Positions 43,398-64,000 of a DNA stretch of 64,000 bases are shown in pieces. The notes below the pieces were generated by a model. That model ran no database searches. It saw nothing but the letters and a program-made list of their open reading frames with translations, and had not been told where the DNA came from. The position numbers and the translations under genes were made by a program. The stretch comes from the human T2T-CHM13v2.0 reference genome, Homo sapiens: the NCBI RefSeq assembly GCF_009914755.1, contig NC_060934.1; one strand, 5' to 3'. How positions within the stretch are numbered: the stretch's first letter is position 1; every line of letters begins with the position of its first letter.

Positions 43398-44967
43398 ATG
43401 TTTCTCTCTTCCTGATTTCTCCAAAATTTGGAAACTAGTTGTGAGTATTCTTAACTTATGGCAATATAGTTATTTGCATAAGTGCAATAAGAATCTGTTT
43501 TCTTTTGTAACAAGACACAATTGGAGACACTGGTTAAATTTTACCAAGGTTTGGACTGGAATGGTATGCCTTCAGATGCAGACTCCTTTAAGGAATCAAA
43601 GTTGACTTATAGAGCCAATGAACCAATAAAAGCCCCTTGGGACAGCTGGCCTCATGCCTTATCTACATAGTCCCTGCACAGGTTCCTCGCCTATGGTATG
43701 TATGGAATGTCACTTTCTGACAGGCCCAGGAGCCCCAAGTTTTCTTGGGACCTTGAAGTGAGGAATTCACCCAATTATTACTGGTATTTGCAGGCACAGG
43801 CTGGGCTTAAGGCATTAAAGTAGAATCTGAGGTTCTTTATGGAATAAAGTTCCAGCAAAGCCTGTTTTTTGTTTTGAAGAGGAGCCTATATGGCAAATAA
43901 TTATTCTTTCTGACTTTATGCAAATACTCTGGCCAAGTATAATAAGACTGAAACTTATTTTGCAAATGAGTTTGTCCTGTGATTTGTCTTTATGAAAACA
44001 GGACTGGAGAGAGAAAAATTATGTTTTAAAATAAACTATAGTACACCTGTTTTTAGATTCTAGTGTTGCCTAGTGTTTTTCAATTTTTAGTATTTTCCAC
44101 AGTTTTAACTGAATTCCAAAATTTTTCCTGACTACATGTCTCCAAAATAATGTTTTCCATTTTTTTCCTTACTTCCTTTCCTTTTTCCCCCCATTTTTCC
44201 TGATTTGAAATTACCAGAGGGAGGCCGAGGGGGGTGGATCACTTGAAGTCAGGAGTTCAAGACCAGCCTGGCCAACATGGTGAAACCCTGTCTCTACTAA
44301 AGACACAAAAATCAGCTGGGCGTGGTGGTGCATGTCTGTAATCCCAGCTATTCAGGAGGCTGAGGCAGGAGAATCACTTGAACCTGGGAGGCAGAGATTG
44401 TAGTGAGCCAAGATCATGCCACTGCAGTCCAGCCATGGTAAAAGAACAAGTCTCTGTCTTAAAAAAAAAAAAAAAAAAGGAAAAGAAATCACTAGAAATT
44501 AAGCTTTGCTTTCTTAAAGCCCTGTGAACTGAAGCTAGACAACTTAAACTTTGGAAGAAAATACATATGTAAGCCACTTTCATACATGTCTACTGATGTA
44601 AGAACTTCAGAGTAACGTGGCCTGTATCGATTTTCCAGGATTGTTCTTCATTTTTTGTTTGTTGTTGTTTTCTCCCTTCCTCCCCTATTTTCTCTTTGTT
44701 GGACATAAGACTCCACAATCTGCTAAAAATGAGCTTTTCTAATAATGTGGGACTTACTAATCTAAGAATAAACCGTCCTAGCCATGAGAGATGAGACATA
44801 ACCTGAGACCAGAGGCTCATTTCCTCCTAAAAAGCTTTCTCCAAAAGATATTAAAAAGGGGAGAAATGTGAAAGGAGAATCACCAAAGGGTAAAGTCAAG
44901 CTGGGAACTGCATCAGACAAACCTGCCTCCCATTCTATTCCTAAGTAAGATGGCCACAAAGATTTAA

Positions 44968-45022
<55 letters not shown>

Positions 45023-45507
45023 GCTACATACCCCCCTCACAATTTGCCCACAAGGAAATTCCTTGTAGACAAAGGACAGACAGAACTCAAAAAGTCATCT
45101 CTCTGCTCACCTGAGACAAATCCATATCTGATTGCTTCCTTTGCCCTATTGTTTCACTAAGCCAGACTAAGGCATAAGTGAGTATTCACTCGTGCCTTGT
45201 GTATTCAGCGAAAGGCTAATCAGAAACTCAAAAGAATGCAACCATTTGTCTTTTATCTACCTATTACCTGGAAGCCCCCTCCCCACTTCGAGTTGTCCTA
45301 CCTTTCTGGACCAAACCAATGTATATCTTACTTATACTGATTCATGTCTCATGTCTCCCTGAAATGTGTAAAACCAAGCTGTGTACTGACCATCTCGGGC
45401 AAATGTCGTCAGGACCTGCTGAGGCTGTGTCATGGGCATGTCCTTAACTGTGACAAGATAAACTTTCTAAATTGATTGAGACTTGTCTGACATACTCTTG
45501 GTTTACA
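43398..45507 (+). mobile_element. 3' half of a MER4 provirus: internal region + PPT + MER4A-type LTR (44867-45507)
   Basis: MER4-int motifs, purine tract AAAAAGGGGAGAAA directly before TGTGAAAGG, LTR ends GGTTTACA. Confidence 0.8.
44968..45020. repeat. (AAT)n microsatellite within the MER4 LTR
   Basis: About 17 perfect AAT units. Confidence 0.97.
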
Positions 45508-45971
45508 CATGCTATCTTGTATTTACAGAGTCCACCCACATGCATGGAAGGAGAATTATACAAGTGCATGGGTCATTCAAAGATGTGAGAATTCTCCCTA
45601 CCAGGGTTTCTAATTTAAAAAATAGATGCACAAAACTATTACTACTAGATAAAAGAAGAAAAATAGTGAAAGAGGTGAGAAGGAGAAAAAATGTGAAAGT
45701 AATATTGGAGATTGTGCACTCAGTTCATATGTATAATACGTTTCTTTATATTCTGAGTGTTGGGATATAAAGATACAAAGACAGGGCAGTCACAACTTAC
45801 TGGAGTGGAAACCCACCAGCAGAAACCTCCGTGGGAACCAGTACCAGGTCCAGAAGTCATCAGGTGTCATGCTGCCTGAAAACTGGCAATTTTCCTATCT
45901 CCTCAAGTGAGGGGGGGAATTACTGTGTCATGAAATCCTCAACTTAGAAGGAAAAGTGCCAAGAAGAATAA

Positions 45972-46142
<171 letters not shown>

Positions 46143-46375
46143 TGAGTGGCTTGAAGTTTTTTTAAAAAAGAGAGAGAAAAAAAAGACAGGGTGGGCTTGG
46201 TTCAGCCTCTCAGGAGAATGCCTCACCTCCAAGCTCCTTTTTGCACCCCTAAGTCCTTGATGTCGCTGGCAGATAAGTGATAATCCTCCGAGGAGAGTGT
46301 GGGGTGAGGGTTGGCCTTCCGCCTCCTGACTGATTTATAAGGGCGGCACCTTTAATCCTCACAAACTCAGAGTGA

Positions 46376-47432
<1,057 letters not shown>

Positions 47433-49549
47433 GTGAGGTAGATTTTCTTTTTCTTCTTTTCTTTTCATTTTTCTTTTCTTTTCTGTTCTTTCTTTTCTTT
47501 TCCTCTTTTCTTTTTCTTTCTTTTCTTTTTTTGATAGGGTCTCACATTGTTGCCCAGGCTGGAGTACAGTGATGCAATCATAGCTCACTGCAGCTTCCAC
47601 CTCCCCAGCTCAAGCGATCCTCCTGCCTCAGCCTCCTGAGTAACTGGGACTACAGGTCCATGCCACCACACCCAGCTCATTTTTGCATTTTTTGTAGAGA
47701 GGGTTTTGCCATGTTCCCCAGGCTGGTCTCAAACTCCTGCGATCCTCCTGCCTCAGCCTCCCAAAGTGTTGGGACTGCAGGTGTGAGTCACCATGCCCGG
47801 CCAGATATTCTTTCTTTTTTTTTTTTCTTCAGATGAATAACTATGACTCAGAGAAGGTAAGTTATTTGCTCAAGGTCACACAGCCAATAAGGAACAGAGC
47901 TAGAGTTAAAACCCACGTCTGTCGGAGTCCAAAACCTGTGCCCTTCATTAGGGGCTTCTTCCCCTTTAGGAAACACCACCTATCCAGGCTGGCATTCCAA
48001 GCAGAGGGTTTCCTCTTCAAAGTAACTTTCTAGCTATAAAATAGAAAGGGTACCAGCCAGGAGAGGGCTGAGGCCAAAGTTGGAAGCCCTTCCTTCATAT
48101 CCTGTCAACCCTGCCCACTCTCGTCCTGTGAGTCCTGGTTTCGTGCCCTTTGTATGCACAGAGAAATTTTCATGTGGTTATAGCCAGACCCTGTATTTTC
48201 CATATAATACTTGGTCTGTATAATCACCTCTGGCTTGAGTGCATTTTACTAAGAATGGTTTTTAGGGCTTGGTTTAAAAATCTGCATCTCCTTTAGTACT
48301 TAAAATCCTCAGGTGGTGGGCAGGGTGGATCTGAGTCAGACTGGAAGTCCAAAAGCAGCAGAGAAGCCCTAGGGAGCTAGCAGGAAGTGCTCTGGAGTTT
48401 CCTGGTGTTCCCCACCCCTGCTGCCTGCCCGGGCTAAGGCCACCTTTTCTCCTGGCTTTTAGTGGTCTCCCCTCTGCCTCAGCCAGCTCTTCAGGCAGCA
48501 GTCAGGCACTCATTCTAAACTGATTCTGCACTCCCCTCAGCAGAACCCTTCAATGGCTACTTGTTTTTCTCAGGATAAAGTCCAAACTCTGTGCTATGGC
48601 TCAAAGGTCCTTCATGATTTGGTCCCTCCCTACCCCACTGGCCTTGGCTTCTGGCATCTCACTCAGCTGCCACCATGCTGAATTTCATGCAGCTCTCTTG
48701 AACAAGCTGCAAATCTTCCAAGAGCCTCAAGCTGTGCTGTCTCCTCAGCCTAACTATTGTTCCCCCATTTCTTTCCACCTGGCCAATGCCTCTTTATCTG
48801 ACCTCATTATATCTCACCTTAGACTCCACTAGCTCTGGGAACCCTTTCCTGACCTTCCCAAGACTAGAGTAAGGCCCTTGCCACTGGCTTCTGTCCTCAC
48901 CCCAGAGTCAACAGAATCCCAGCAATTATTACAAGATACTGGAGTGATCTGTTTCCCTTCCCAAGTAGCCTGTGGCTGCACTGAGATAATGGACTGTATC
49001 TTCTTCCTCTTTATATTTTCTGAATTTATTGAGAGCAAGGACTCAAAATATGTTCCCTGCATGAATAAACGGAAGAATGAATAAAATTCTGTGGCTATGC
49101 CAGTGAAAGTACTGTGACCGTATTTCATAAACATTAGCTCTGTCAGGTGACTTCGTACCAAGGAACCTAAACACAAAGTAAGTGATATTCAGACAATCTG
49201 GGAAACAGTGCATGCAGCAACCTCAGGTATAAAGTTTCACTGAATTGAAAAATGGAAACCCTCTCAAATAGTGGCCTCTTTATAACAGCAAGAAAGGCAC
49301 CAAGGAACATGGGATTAAAATTAGGAAGAAATAAAAAATAGAAAGAAACAATTAGCCTTTTAACCTGAGGAGTGAATTCCCTAAGTGGGAAAAGATACAT
49401 TTTCTTCTGTTTTCTTTTTGACCACAGATAGAGAGATTGCTCAGGTAACAGAAAAATGAATTATGTGTTAATCCTAATCCCGAATGGCCTCCAGGGGAGG
49501 GCGAGTTGTCACAGCTAGAGCACCTATGTTTTCTGATGGGTATGGGAAT

Positions 49550-50845
<1,296 letters not shown>

Positions 50846-51639
50846 ATTATTTAGTAGAGTTCAATTTCTCAGTGGTAAGAAAAGGGCTGGTTAATTAGAG
50901 GTGCTGTGGGGAGAGGGGTAGATGAGGAAACTGGAGCCTGCCCTGTCTAACTGAGGCTGAGCTCTGAAACAAGGTGTATGGCAAAAAACCACTTCCCACA
51001 GGGGACTCAGGAACCCCCACATGCCCAATGAGGGTTTGTAAACTTGAGTGCTGCAAGGTAGGTGATGAAAGACTACACATCCCTTCAAAATCTTTAGTAA
51101 CATCTACTTTGCTCAATAATGTTTTTAGTGCAAATGGGTTCTTCCTGGGGAACTCAAAGAGGTGGAGAGTGCTATGTCGTGCTGGGGACAGAGCCAGGAT
51201 GCAGCCATGCCTTAGGGGCAGCTGCACATATTTCCATATCCAGCAAATGTTTTGAAAGATGCATATTTATTAAATGTCCATGTACAAAGAAGGGTAGCCA
51301 TGGCACTAGGTATTTGCATGTCAAATTCTTTGCTTATTAAGATGCTATTGGCTATTGCTGAAATGATCCTCTGGGATTTCAGAAGAACTGGTCACCTAAT
51401 TTTGCTATGGGAACAACATCAATGATGGATCACTTACTTCAGCATTTCAGACATGGTTCAGAAATCTTCACTGAGCACTAACTCTTCTGCAAACTCTGTG
51501 CTAGATTCTGGAGGTGCAGCTGCCAACCAGCCAGAACCAGTCTCTGGATGCAGTGTGGACTGGCATGGAGCCTAAACCAGACTCTCAGAATAGAAAAACC
51601 TTACCAAACACCACTAGATGTATGTACTACCACATCAGC

Positions 51640-51952
51640 TTTCTTTTCTTTCTTTCTTTCTTTTTTTTGAGACAGAGTTTCACTTTTTTGCCCAGGCTGG
51701 AGTGAAGTGGTGCGATCTCAGCTCACTGCAACCTCTACCCCACAGGTTCAAGTGATTCTCCTGCCTTAGCCTCCTGAGTAGCCGGGATTACAGGTGCATG
51801 CCACCATGACCAGCTAATTTTTTGTATTTTTAGTAGAGACAGGGTTTCACCATGTTGGCCAGGCTGGTTCCGAACTCTTGAACTTAGGTGATCCACCTGC
51901 CTCGGCCTCCCAAAGTGCTAGGATTACAGATGTGAGCCACCACACCCGGCCA
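51640..51952 (-). mobile_element. AluS immediately downstream of (and sense to) CPN1
   Basis: Alu consensus; TSD ACCACATCA(G/C)CTTTC. Confidence 0.9.
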
Positions 51953-52034
51953 CCACATCACCTTTCAATCGATCCTAATTTTTTTCATGATGACCTAGAG
52001 ATGGCTTACCCCTGGAACAGATGGAGACCATTCT

Positions 52035-52154
52035 GAATTGTTCTGAATATGTTTGTATTTAAATATGTCCCAGATAATAAAATAGAAAGAATGCTTGATC
52101 TGATCTGAGAGCAGGAGCAAAGCCTTTCTGAAGGGTTGCCTGGCACTGTGGGTT
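52035..52154 (-). terminator. CPN1: CPN1 short 3' UTR with probable variant poly(A) signal AATACA (52054-52059)
   Basis: No AATAAA/ATTAAA on the minus strand between the stop codon and the Alu ending near 51950. AATACA is the best hexamer. The cleavage position is inferred. Confidence 0.55.
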
Positions 52155-52301
52155 TCAGGCAGGGCCTCTCTGCAGCTGCCTCATCTCCATTTCTTTCTTT
52201 CTGGCTTGGGGCTGCACTTTGGCTCTGACTCCGTGCCTTCTGCTGGGAGCTCTCCTCACAGGGCTTACTTGAGGGATGCTTCTTTTGAGGTGGAAGTTAA
52301 C
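52155..52301 (-). CDS. CPN1: CPN1 terminal exon, coding part (48 aa + TGA)
   Basis: Polypyrimidine tract + TTCCAG|GTTAAC acceptor at 52302. Translates [48 protein letters not shown], recognised as the human CPN1 C-terminus. Stop codon at 52155-52157. Confidence 0.97.
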   Translation of the reverse strand, partial: VNFHLKRSIPQVSPVRRAPSRRHGVRAKVQPQARKKEMEMRQLQRGPA

Positions 52302-52558
52302 CTGGAAGAAAAAAAGCAGGAGCTACGAGATCCGTTTGGACCATCTTTTGCCATAGTTCCAGTTTCTGAGGGCTGGGTACTAGGGAAAATTATTATAGCA
52401 GTGACCCAGAGAAGCACTGGTGGTGTCATATAGACTTGGCTAACGTTCCCCCAAAATTGGTATGCAATCATTGGTGATAGATAGAGTGTGACTGGATGAA
52501 CTTAATATACATTGATTTTACATGTATTAGAAAAAGATGGGCTGGGTGTGGTGGCTCA

Positions 52559-52846
<288 letters not shown>

Positions 52847-54128
52847 TTAGGTTGGGCATGGTGGCTGTAATCCTTGCACTTTAGGAGGCTGAGGCGGGCA
52901 GATCACTTGAGATCAGGAGTTAGAGACCAGCCTGGCCAACATGGTGAAACCCCGTCTCTACTGAAAATACAAAAATTAGCTGGGCTGGTGGCACATGCCT
53001 ATAGTTCCAGCTACTCGGGAGGCTGAGGCAGGAGAACTGCTTGAACTCAGCAGGCAGAGGTTACAGAGAGCCAAGATCACGCCACTGCACTCCAGCCTGG
53101 GTGACAGAGTGAGATTCCATCTCAAAAAGAAAAAAAAAAGTAAAGAAAAGAAAGAAAAATATATCTACACATCAAATATGATTTCACCAATACTGCCACT
53201 TAGGACAAGAGCCATGATTGACGGTGCTGTAACAATCTTCTTTATGCTGCCTGGGTGACTCACAGGTGCCATGCTCAGGCATGCCAGTAAGTGTCACCAT
53301 GCTTCAGAACTAAACCTTCTGCCTACTTGTTTGACTTCAAAGATAGTAGAGATGATAAAGAGTGTTGGTATGGACTTGGGGATTTATTTTACTTTTCTTT
53401 TTTTTTTTAATTTTAGAGATGGGGTCTTGTTATGTTGTCCAGGCTGGACTCAAACTCCTGGGTTCAAGATCCCCCTGCCTCAGCCTCTCAGCCTCCTGAG
53501 TAGCTGGGATTACAGGCACATGCCACCACATCCTGCTTGGATTCTTAAACTGGAAATTTCCATGTGTGTTAATGCATCCTTTCAAGCACTACATTGCAAC
53601 CTCTCTTCTGGCCACAGCACGCAGATGGAAAGATACTTTTCACTGACAAATGTGGGACATTCTGGGTGTGGAAGAGCCGTAGAACTATCCCAGGCTGAAG
53701 AGGAAGGAGAGGGAGTGGCACAGTGTCCTAACCACACTCCTCTGGGGCAGGCCTGGGCTTTCCCACCCTTGGAACAGCTTGAGCCCCTGAAGCCAGCTGG
53801 GAGTTAAAAAACATGTCACTGACTAAGAGGCCTCTCTGTAGGGTTATTTCCTGCCCCTTCCGCAAAAATTGATAGCCAGTTTTTCTGCTAGTTCCTCCAG
53901 GAGGGAAGGGGAGAATCAGAGCCAACTGTGCTGTATTATTTACCAATTCCTATTTAGTAACATAGGAATCTAGACAGAAAAAAATGAGAGAGAAGAGAGA
54001 CAAGAAAATGAGGCAAGGACAGAGGAAAAGGAAAGGAGTGGTGACATGTGGAAGGCCTTGGGGAAAAGCAAAGAAAACACTGGGCCCCGGAAGATATTTT
54101 ATTTCATTTTATTTTTATTTTGAGATAA

Positions 54129-54251
<123 letters not shown>

Positions 54252-54297
54252 TGACACCATGCCCGGCTAATTTTTGAACTGTTTTGTAGAGATATGA

Positions 54298-54676
<379 letters not shown>

Positions 54677-55339
54677 TGATCCGCCTGCCTCAGCCTCCTG
54701 AAGTGCTGGGATTACAGGTGTGAACCACCACACCTGGGCAATATTTTTTTCCTTTTTTCTTTCCCAGACAGATGGATATCTGCTTTAGACTGGGAAGGGA
54801 GATAGACTCCTTTGTGATCAATAAATGGGTTTTTAGTTGTTACTGTGTCTGGAAATTGTATCCAAATGACAGACATCTTTTCTCCTCTGAGTATATTTGA
54901 CATAATGATGGGTTATGTTAATTTATTTAAAGAATATGTGAAAAGGGGGGCAAAATCCTTTGAAATTGAGTGTGTTACTCAAGAGGACGTGCAGTTGTTT
55001 GAATTTGGCGTTGAACAGACTTGCTGGTAATGCAAAACTTATATATGTAGCTGCTTAACAGTCATTCAATTTTAGGATATAACAAGAAAAAAGGGAAAGA
55101 GGACCCCAGATCAGCTCATAGGCTGCAATGAAAGATTTACTCTCTGTTTCCTGCAACTGTAAGCAGAAGTAATTTACATTATTTAGGAGATGGGACTAGG
55201 GGAGGGGATGGAGGAAGAAACTATCTGGAAATTCTCAAAGGACTTAAAGCATAGTTCTTTCTCCTGATCCTTGTGTTACAATAAGGAGCTACAAACACAG
55301 GTTGTACACTTAGTATGAGTTCTGTAACACATTGGCTAA

Positions 55340-55540
55340 GAAGGGAGCCAGAGAGCCTGATATAGGTTCGAATCCTGACTCCCACCACTTGCTATGTGAT
55401 ATTACACAAGTTTCTTTTATCTTCTCTAAGCCACAAATGGGGATACTTGCATCTACCTCACAGGGTTGTTGTGAAGGTTAAATGAGATAATGCTGGAAAG
55501 CTCTCATATCATGTCATACATAGTACTTATTCAATAAATA
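55340..55540 (+). mobile_element. MIR
   Basis: GGTTCGAATCCTGACTCCCACCACTT...CTACCTCACAGGGTTGTTGTGAAGGTTAAATGAGATAATG. Confidence 0.8.
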
Positions 55541-55938
55541 GTAAAAGACAAGCTTGACTGGACTGCATTGTGTTAATAGGGAAAGGTGGTGGGAGGGTCT
55601 ACTAAGGGTTGTGTACAGGAGTGAGGCGGCCCTAGGAAAGGCTGACTTTTAGGAAATGAGATCTGTAGATGTCTGTTAAATAGGACTGCCTCATTATTTT
55701 GTCCTCATTTGAGAAATCTGAGGATTAGTGTCTACGATCTCTGAGCTCTGTTAGCTCTGAGATCTTAATACAACCAAAACTGAAAAGATCCAGGCTGTAA
55801 AATCAAAGAAGTTCTTTGCTTCTCATCCTATCTATAAAAGAAAGCCCTGGAGAGTTTAATCTTGAAGAGTAGCTGGCTTTTTGCGGCATGAGTGGAAAGC
55901 AAGATCAGGGCCCAGGGAGCACCAGAAGGGATGGTAGA

Positions 55939-55953
55939 GCGCCCTCTGGTGGC
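55939..55953 (-). promoter_or_regulatory. CTCF motif in CPN1 last intron
   Basis: Minus strand GCCACCAGAGGGCGC, a near-ideal CTCF core in non-repeat sequence. Confidence 0.7.
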
Positions 55954-56047
55954 AGTCCTTGCCAGTGGCACAGAAGAATGCAAGCCCGCTGCCTTCTCTG
56001 TAAAAACTGGTCTTAAAGAAACCATCAGATTTAGGCCGATCACAGTC

Positions 56048-56955
<908 letters not shown>

Positions 56956-56999
56956 GAAAGAAGAAGAGGAGGAAGAGGAGGAGGACAAGGAAGAGGAGG

Positions 57000-57822
<823 letters not shown>

Positions 57823-58307
57823 TACTAAAGGCTTTATGTGCATGTTCTCATTTCAGCCTCTGGTGAAGGAGGCACTATTATTACCAATTTACTGAGAATA
57901 AGAGAGATTAGGTAATTTGTCCAAGGTCTGTGGGCAAATGAGCTGAATTTAGAACTAGACAGTGCTTTAAATCACTATGCTATGTTAGACAGAAGAGGAA
58001 AAGCCAAAAGGAAGTGAGGAAGGATATAACAGGAGAGTGACAGAACAAAAATTAGGATGTGCGAGCAATTAATTCTTTAAAAAACAGTAAAAGAAAGAAG
58101 CTGGGCAAAGATTAGAGCTGTGCAATCACTTAAGATTTTGCAAGGGCCAAGGGTGGTGGCTCATGCCTGTAATCTCAGCACTTTGGGAGGCTGAGGCAGG
58201 CAGATCACTTGAGCCCAGGAGTTCAAGACCAGCCTGGGTAACATGACGAAATCCTTTTTCTAAAAAAAGAAAAATTAGGCGGGCATGGTGGTGTGTGCTT
58301 ATACTCA

Positions 58308-58466
<159 letters not shown>

Positions 58467-58486
58467 TCAAGCTCAGCCTAACTCAC

Positions 58487-58605
58487 CAACGTTGGTTCCG
58501 CAGGACCCACGGTCACAGTTACTGTCTCTGGGTCATACCCAGGTGCTGTGGCACTAACAGTGTAGATACCTGGAAGCAGCAGCCGGAAGTAATCACCATG
58601 GTCAC
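58487..58605 (-). CDS. CPN1: CPN1 penultimate coding exon (119 bp; transthyretin-like domain of carboxypeptidase N catalytic subunit)
   Basis: Minus strand TTTCAG|GT GAC CAT GGT GAT TAC TTC CGG...CCA ACG TTG|GTGAGT. Translates (G)[39 protein letters not shown], with the GDY(F/W)RLL.PG.Y motif of M14B carboxypeptidases. Canonical AG/GT sites; ends in phase 0, in frame with the next exon. Confidence 0.97.

Positions 58606-64000
<5,395 letters not shown>

Noticed and set aside
52206-52471. Listed ORFs 52206-52433 (+) and 52265-52471 (-)
   Set aside because: Wrong strand or wrong frame overlaps of the real CPN1 terminal exon.
55364-55380. GGTTCGAATCC B-box suggesting a tRNA gene
   Set aside because: tRNA-derived head of a MIR element; no cloverleaf.
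58583-58590. ETS/GABPA motif CCGGAAGT
   Set aside because: Lies within CPN1 codons (Y-F-R) and is explained by the coding sequence.

Overview
Human (primate) genomic DNA, very Alu-dense (roughly 85-90 Alu copies or fragments by manual count). The only protein-coding sequence is two minus-strand exons missed by the ORF track. They translate to the C-terminus of carboxypeptidase N catalytic chain (CPN1): exon 58487-58605 ([15 protein letters not shown]...GPAEPTL) and terminal exon CDS 52155-52301 (VNFHLKRS...RQLQRGPA*). About 32 kb downstream on the same strand is a CpG-island promoter with a non-coding first exon ending at a CAG|GTCAGA donor (19585). By known gene order at 10q24.2 this is DNMBP, so 1-19584 is DNMBP intron 1. 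The intergenic stretch (about 20-52 kb) is packed with ERV1 LTRs: LTR8 x3, MER39, LTR54, MER52, MER4, and a two-LTR MER57 provirus with a tRNA-Leu PBS and TSD. It also holds a U13 snoRNA retrocopy. I found no convincing new gene system. The most unusual signals are fossil DNA-repair and retrotransposition events: a 362-bp templated local duplication dropped into an Alu junction, an Alu insertion that captured an inverted copy of its own flank, and repeated Alu hits at identical LTR positions. CPN1 also appears to end at a weak poly(A) signal flanked by U1-type sites. Repeat subfamily names come from recalled consensus sequences, and repeat boundaries are approximate unless a TSD is quoted.
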